Assembly: GCA_038883715.1 (NCBI GenBank)
Contig: JAVZLS010000024.1
Span: 1 to 11,990, forward strand
DNA from: Candidatus Bathyarchaeia archaeon
GTDB taxonomy: Archaea > Thermoproteota > Bathyarchaeia > Bathyarchaeales > Bathycorpusculaceae
Length of the DNA stretch: 11,990 nt
Direction: 5' to 3'
Both the position numbers and the translations under genes were made by a program. The notes beneath the pieces are model-generated. The model was not told the origin of the DNA. It made no database searches and was given only the letters and a program-made list of their open reading frames with translations. The stretch's first letter is position 1; every line of letters starts with the position of its first letter. Of this stretch, positions 7,656 to 11,990 are shown in pieces.

Positions 7656-9042
7656 TTCCTTTAACCTTCTGTTTTTCACGCTTCAAGATCTCTCTTGCTA
7701 CTATGACGCCGGATGCCGACGCCTGTATTAGTCCTCTTGTTACTCCTGCACCGTCGCCTATTGTGAATAGGTTTCGTATTTTTGTTTCAAGGGCGTTGCT
7801 CAGTTCCAGTCTTGAAGAGTAGAATTTCACTTCGACACCATATAATAGTGTGTCTCGCGAGTGTATTCCAGGGGCTATCTTGTCGAGGGCTTCCAGCATC
7901 TCCCTTATATCTGCAAGATAGCGGTATGGTAAAACAAAGCTCAAGTCGCCGGGTGTGGCGTTCTTCAAGGTTGGCGTTACAACACTTCTTGCGATTCTCT
8001 CTGGTGTTGAGCGTCTTCCAGCTTCCAAGTCGCCTAAACGCTGTATTAGGATGCCTCCGCTTAGGAGGTTCGAAAGCCTTGCCAGATATTTTCCATAGGC
8101 TATTGGCTCTTTAAACGGTTCTGTAAATGAGGTGCTGACAAGAATAGCGAAATTTGTGTTTTCCGTCTTCCGCTCTGCATAGCTTTGACCGTTAACCGTT
8201 AAGACTCCATTGTAGGATTCAGATATGACCTCGCCGTATGGCGCTACGCAGAAAGTCCTAACCTGATCGTCGAAAAACTTTGAATAGTAAACAAATTTTG
8301 GTTCATAGAGAATGTTTGTTAGCTCCTCCATTACCGCGGCTAAAACTTCCACTCTGACGCCGACGTCCACGGGGTTGTTAAGTGTTTTTAAACCTAATGC
8401 TTGGGCTTCTGTTTGAAGCCATTCTGCACCGCCCCTTCCTGGCGCTACAATAACATATTTGCCGAAGAACTTTTCGCCATCAACTGTTTCGACCCCTTCA
8501 ATGGCGCCGTTTTTCACTATGAGCCCTTTAACGTCCTTCCCCATTCTGATGTCGACTTTTCCGTTGAGTTCTTGGCGCATCTTTCGCAGTGTTTGGGCGC
8601 ATCGTTCTGTTCCCATGTGCCTAATCTTCTGATGGATAAGTTTCAGTCCAGCTAATGACGCCTTTCTCTCGATTTCCTCAACTTTTTCTACGTCTTCGCC
8701 ATAAACACGGTTTGGAGCGCCAAATTTAATGTAAACGCTGTCTACATAATTTATCAGTTCGCTCAACTCCCTTTCTGAAACATATTGGTTTAACCAGCCG
8801 CCAACCTCTGTTGATATGGTTAGTTTGCCATCGCTGAAGGCTCCAGCCCCACCCCAACCACATAGAAGCCCGCATGGCTCACAGTTTACGCATCCAAAAC
8901 CTCTGCTGGCTGGACATCTCCTCCGCTCTAGGTCTGGACCCTTATCAAGCATCAATACGTTAAGGTCGGCTTTTCCAACCATTTCAAGGGCTGAAAATAT
9001 CCCAGCAGGACCGGCGCCGACAATTATCACATCGTATCTCAA
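7642..9042 (-). CDS. NAD(P)/FAD-dependent oxidoreductase (COG2509-like)
   Basis: Rossmann motif YDVIIVGAGPAG, GWGGAGAFSDGKL, IRHMGT, VIVAPGRGG, DVGVRVE, VRTFC, VNG.S, NTNFAILV, LLYGVEVKFYS, GDGAGVTRGLIQASASG. TTG start with GAGGT 8 nt upstream. Confidence 0.9.
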   Translation of the reverse strand: MRYDVIIVGAGPAGIFSALEMVGKADLNVLMLDKGPDLERRRCPASRGFGCVNCEPCGLLCGWGGAGAFSDGKLTISTEVGGWLNQYVSERELSELINYVDSVYIKFGAPNRVYGEDVEKVEEIERKASLAGLKLIHQKIRHMGTERCAQTLRKMRQELNGKVDIRMGKDVKGLIVKNGAIEGVETVDGEKFFGKYVIVAPGRGGAEWLQTEAQALGLKTLNNPVDVGVRVEVLAAVMEELTNILYEPKFVYYSKFFDDQVRTFCVAPYGEVISESYNGVLTVNGQSYAERKTENTNFAILVSTSFTEPFKEPIAYGKYLARLSNLLSGGILIQRLGDLEAGRRSTPERIARSVVTPTLKNATPGDLSFVLPYRYLADIREMLEALDKIAPGIHSRDTLLYGVEVKFYSSRLELSNALETKIRNLFTIGDGAGVTRGLIQASASGVIVAREILKREKQKVKGNVNR

Positions 9043-9087
9043 AGCCTTATACCTCTTTGAAGCCCAAAACTAGATGTAACAACAAGC

Positions 9088-9100
9088 ATATATTTTTAGC
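9088..9100 (-). promoter_or_regulatory. Putative BRE/TATA element for the oxidoreductase gene
   Basis: Minus strand reads GCTAAAAATATAT about 46-58 nt upstream of the TTG start. Confidence 0.35.
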
Positions 9101-9121
9101 GAATCCCAAAACAGCGACTAT

Positions 9122-9140
9122 GGCTAGACTAAGTCAAGCC
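9122..9140. repeat. 19-bp imperfect palindrome GGCTAGACT-A-AGTCAAGCC
   Basis: 8 of 9 arm positions are complementary around centre 9131. It abuts the cupin stop codon. Confidence 0.7.
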
Positions 9141-9491
9141 TTATTTAGATTTGTCGTGGTGAGGAACGAGACAAAGAAACTTCACAGTCTTGCTTCCGTC
9201 GTTTCTAAACTGGTGCTTCTCATCGGGTGGAACAAAAACCACGTCGCCGGGCTTAAACCTTCTTTCTCCATCAGCACCGACGACAACACCTTCACCCTCT
9301 AAAATGAAGACTTCATGCTCCCATGGATGAGTATGCAATGGACTGTGTCCTCCAGGCTCCATTTCAAAAAGCCTCATTGCAAAATTCGGAGCACCAATTT
9401 CCCGTGTAATCAGCCATCTAACCTTTAACTTTGAGGCTCCTTCTTCTATGGCTTCTTCTGGTTTAACCTCACTATAATGGAAAACTTTCAT
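9141..9491 (-). CDS. Cupin-2 domain metalloprotein (TM1459-like)
   Basis: GAPNFAMRLF..EPGG...LHTHPWEHEVFILEG, PGDVVFVPPDEKHQFRN, FLCLVP. ATG 9491 follows GGGAGGT and is preferred over 9515. Confidence 0.92.
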   Translation of the reverse strand: MKVFHYSEVKPEEAIEEGASKLKVRWLITREIGAPNFAMRLFEMEPGGHSPLHTHPWEHEVFILEGEGVVVGADGERRFKPGDVVFVPPDEKHQFRNDGSKTVKFLCLVPHHDKSK

Positions 9492-9532
9492 TGAAAACGC
9501 TACCTCCCAATGCAATTTTGGCGTTTGGTTTC

Positions 9533-9811
9533 CTAATCTTTTATGGCTTCAAGTATACTCATAACATTCCAAAGTTTAACACGCGTGTAGGGCGGCATGT
9601 TTGGATCTTGTAAAATCTCGTCCAGTATGGATATGGCGTTTGAAGCCCTAACAGCGGGCGTGAACTCTGTTGTCTGCAAGGCGTCCATTGAGTCCTTAGC
9701 CGCCCTCCTAATGTTGCGGGGGGTTGTCGTGTCTTCTGAAACTTCAGCAAGCACAGCCATAGCCTGCTTTATCCGCTCCTCATACTCCTCAAGCTTCTTC
9801 TTCCTAACCAT
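9533..9811 (-). CDS. UPF0147 family protein
   Basis: Family motifs DTTTPRNIRRAA, AVRASNAISILDEI.QDPNMP.YTR..LWN..S.LE. ATG 9811 follows GGTGA and is preferred over GTG 9823. Confidence 0.9.
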   Translation of the reverse strand: MVRKKKLEEYEERIKQAMAVLAEVSEDTTTPRNIRRAAKDSMDALQTTEFTPAVRASNAISILDEILQDPNMPPYTRVKLWNVMSILEAIKD

Positions 9812-9843
9812 GGCTGTCACCACACCAATTTCAGATAATCAAG

Positions 9844-9865
9844 TTATATAGGCTTTTATACCTAT
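9844..9865. promoter_or_regulatory. Divergent promoter region with two TATA-like boxes
   Basis: TTATATA (9844-9850) and TTTTATA (9854-9860) lie in the 74-nt gap between the divergent UPF0147 and UPF0148 genes. Confidence 0.55.
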
Positions 9866-9885
9866 CTATTTTCGAGGCTTGAGGG

Positions 9886-10272
9886 ATGTCGCGAAACACA
9901 AAAGAAGCAGATGCAAAAACAGCTGAAGAACAGTATATTAAGCGTATGGCTGACTTGCTACGTCAAGGTCAAACCTTAACGGAGTTAGCTTGTCCCGTTT
10001 GCGCTTCTCCATTGTTTAGGCTTAAAAGCGGAGAGCTATGGTGTGCACGGTGCGAGAAAAAAGTGATCGTTGTTAAAGAAGAGGCGGAGCTTGCAAAGGT
10101 GACAAGCGCCTTAAGTCTTGAAACCCTTGAGGCCACTTTACTGGCGAAAATACAGGAGATTCAAGAAAAGCTGCTGCATGAAACGAATGTTGAAGAGCTT
10201 CAGAAACTCGGTTCAGCGCTTTCTGGACTGCTGGAAAATTTAGAAAAAGTGAGGAAAGCCAAAAGAATCTAG
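9886..10272 (+). CDS. Sjogren's syndrome/scleroderma autoantigen 1 family Zn-ribbon protein (UPF0148/Auto_anti-p27)
   Basis: MADLLRQG.TLT..ACPVCASPLF....GELWCARCE, followed by a helical/coiled-coil C-terminus. Confidence 0.88.
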   Translation: MSRNTKEADAKTAEEQYIKRMADLLRQGQTLTELACPVCASPLFRLKSGELWCARCEKKVIVVKEEAELAKVTSALSLETLEATLLAKIQEIQEKLLHETNVEELQKLGSALSGLLENLEKVRKAKRI

Positions 10273-10293
10273 CCCTTAAGGCGAGGTGGAAGC

Positions 10294-10794
10294 ATGCTAG
10301 GCTTTTACGAAAATTTTCCAGTGAACGTGCAGAAGGTTATGCGCTTCACAACCGCTATTTCCAATAAAACGCTTCAAAGGGTTTTGGTCCAGTGCCTAGA
10401 GAAACTTAACAACGAAAACCTGCGCCTGCAAGATGTCACAAGTCCTTCCACCTCTGATTGCATTGTTGCCTTCGAGTTTGGAATAGCCGACGGTGACACA
10501 TTCAACTATTTGGACTCGGAGGAAGCACGGAAAGTTTTGGGAGAAATCCGTCGTTCTTCTCTTCGGATAATGGACTTTTTCTGTGCTATAAGATATTATA
10601 AAGAGCATGATGGGAAGAGGTCTCCGCTGAAATTTGACTATTATATGCTCCGCCTAATATTCAACATGGGCTCTTTGGAAGCGCTTATTTTTCATGAAAG
10701 GGGACCAAGACACGTGCCACCAGAAGACCTCGCCAACCTAATCATTGAGAGGGTTAACAAATTTTATTCACGAAAAGTTTTGAAGACTATCTAG
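10294..10794 (+). CDS. Hypothetical protein (166 aa)
   Basis: Fills the gap between two genes, has GAGGTG at 10283-10288 before the ATG, and has globular protein-like composition. No family recognised. Confidence 0.8.
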   Translation: MLGFYENFPVNVQKVMRFTTAISNKTLQRVLVQCLEKLNNENLRLQDVTSPSTSDCIVAFEFGIADGDTFNYLDSEEARKVLGEIRRSSLRIMDFFCAIRYYKEHDGKRSPLKFDYYMLRLIFNMGSLEALIFHERGPRHVPPEDLANLIIERVNKFYSRKVLKTI

Positions 10795-11390
10795 ATGCCT
10801 TTCAAATGATCTAAAACTGTGGACAAAATTTCTTTGGCAACTTCCCTTTTCGATTTGTTTCCATTCACTCTGACGAGTTCACCATTTTCAACAAATTTCA
10901 GATAGACTTCTCGAACCTTACGCTGGGTTTCAAGATTTTCCATGACGGATTTTTTAGGCTTCAGCCTTTTGATGACAGTGTTTGGCTCCACATCTATGAA
11001 AATTGCCAAATTTGGAGGTATTGCATGCTCGTTTATCCTTCTAATCCAGTCCAAGTTTAGCCCAGCTGCTCCCTGATAAGCCAGAGAGGAGTAAAGGTAG
11101 CGGTCGGAAACCACTATCTTTCCGTCCTTTAAGGCTGGGATTATTTCGGTTTCCACATGTTCGTATCGGTCAGCAGCAAAGAGTAAGGCTTCAACTATGC
11201 TGGAGATACGTTTGCTACCATGGAGGCAGTACCTCTTTATGAACTTTCCAATTTTTCCACGGCTTGGTTCAGCTGTGTAAACTGCATCGTAGCCGATTTT
11301 CCGCAGTTTCCTCACTAGAATTTTGGCTTGGGTCGTTTTTCCGCAACCGTCCAAGCCTTCGACACATATGAAGAACCCCCGTTTTTCCAA
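10791..11390 (-). CDS. tmk: Thymidylate kinase (dTMP kinase)
   Basis: P-loop FICVEGLDGCGKTTQ, TAEPS, ALLFAADRYEH, VVSDRYLYSSLAYQG, P.LAIFIDV. TTG start with GGAGG upstream. Stop overlaps the convergent gene by 4 nt (CTAG). Confidence 0.96.
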   Translation of the reverse strand: MEKRGFFICVEGLDGCGKTTQAKILVRKLRKIGYDAVYTAEPSRGKIGKFIKRYCLHGSKRISSIVEALLFAADRYEHVETEIIPALKDGKIVVSDRYLYSSLAYQGAAGLNLDWIRRINEHAIPPNLAIFIDVEPNTVIKRLKPKKSVMENLETQRKVREVYLKFVENGELVRVNGNKSKREVAKEILSTVLDHLKGI

Positions 11391-11418
11391 TGTTTTATCC
11401 TCCAGTCGGCATTAGACA

Positions 11419-11443
11419 TTATAAGAGGAGCATGCATTAATAA
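11419..11443. promoter_or_regulatory. Divergent promoter region between tmk and the HD hydrolase gene
   Basis: TTATAA (11419-11424) and ATTAATAA (11436-11443) lie in the 84-nt gap, each about 30 nt from one start codon. Assignment of boxes to genes is uncertain. Confidence 0.4.
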
Positions 11444-11474
11444 TTGTTAAGCCGCAATTGCTGGAGAATTTGCA

Positions 11475-11990
11475 ATGCCGAAAAGCTATTGGGGTGAAAT
11501 AAAAGACCCTGTGCATGGATACGTATACATAACAGAGGAAGAGAAGGAAATAATAGACTCTTATCCGGTGCAGAGGCTCCGTAGGCTGAGGCAGTTGGCT
11601 GGCGCTGAATACGTTTATCCCGGGGCTAATCACACACGCTTTGAACATTCCATAGGCGTTATGTACTTGGCTGGTAAGGTGGCTGAAAACCCAAACATTT
11701 CCCAGCTGATAGGCGAAGAAGAGGCTGAGGCTGTGCGGATTGCCGGATTGCTCCACGATGTTGGACACGGTCCTTTCTCCCACGTTTTTGAGCATTTGTT
11801 GACAAAAAAGCTTAACAAAACCCATGAGGACATAACCGCGTGGATAATCAAAAATAGTGAGCTGAAAGATGTTCTCGCCAATTTTGGGTATAAAGCCGAA
11901 GACATAGCTGAACTCGCTGTTGGTTCCTTGTCCATCCGCGGTAAAGCCTTCCTAAACCAGATAATAAGAAGTTCTATTGATGTTGACAAG
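11475..11990 (+). CDS. HD-domain phosphohydrolase, SAMHD1-like dNTP triphosphohydrolase family (COG1078), 3'-truncated
   Basis: Not in the ORF track; translated by hand from ATG 11475 (GGAG at 11463): MPKSYWGEIKDPVHGYV...VQRLRRLRQLAGAEYVYPGANHTRFEHSIGV...AGLLHDVGHGPFSHVFE...HED...IDVDK. Open to the window end. Confidence 0.93.
   Translation, partial: MPKSYWGEIKDPVHGYVYITEEEKEIIDSYPVQRLRRLRQLAGAEYVYPGANHTRFEHSIGVMYLAGKVAENPNISQLIGEEEAEAVRIAGLLHDVGHGPFSHVFEHLLTKKLNKTHEDITAWIIKNSELKDVLANFGYKAEDIAELAVGSLSIRGKAFLNQIIRSSIDVDK

Noticed and set aside
5262-9073. Short ORFs within lysS, the Zn-ribbon gene and the oxidoreductase gene
   Set aside because: Antisense or out-of-frame overlaps of strong genes with no independent support.
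9057-9302. 81 aa plus-strand ORF spanning the intergenic region and cupin
   Set aside because: Mostly antisense to the cupin, with no motif or convincing RBS.
9559-10608. ORFs 9559-9750, 9597-9851 and 10396-10608
   Set aside because: They overlap UPF0147 or the 166 aa gene in other frames and have no supporting features.
11400-11466. CTCCAG...CTGGAG inverted repeat across the tmk/HD gap
   Set aside because: Explained by the two divergent GGAG ribosome-binding sites.
11412-11989. Minus-strand ORFs 11412-11825 and 11630-11989
   Set aside because: Antisense to the real plus-strand HD hydrolase gene starting at 11475.
1-11990. CRISPR array, tRNA/rRNA, IS element, integrase or defence island
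   Set aside because: By eye there are no periodic repeats, no RNA gene signatures and no transposase or integrase motifs. Intergenic gaps are all under 100 nt. A covariance-model scan would be needed to exclude small ncRNAs.

Overview
Gene-dense archaeal chromosomal window. Class I LysRS, the UPF0147/UPF0148 pair, TATA-like boxes and GGAGG/GAGGTG ribosome-binding sites point to an archaeon, probably TACK such as Bathyarchaeia (inference). From left to right it holds: a Dpp/Opp-type peptide/nickel ABC transporter operon (5'-truncated binding protein, two permeases, two ATPases); a convergent minus-strand run of lysS, a Zn-ribbon protein, a COG2509-like FAD oxidoreductase, a TM1459-like cupin and UPF0147; a divergent SSSCA1/UPF0148 Zn-ribbon gene plus a hypothetical gene; thymidylate kinase; and a 3'-truncated SAMHD1-like HD hydrolase that the ORF track misses. 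I saw no RNA genes, CRISPR array or mobile element, and no clearly novel system. The best leads are a ~70 aa two-helix insertion in DppB, the cupin/flavoprotein/YdjG-like Zn-ribbon cluster with a 19-bp dyad, and the divergent tmk/dNTPase-like pair. Family assignments come from motif recognition, not database searches.
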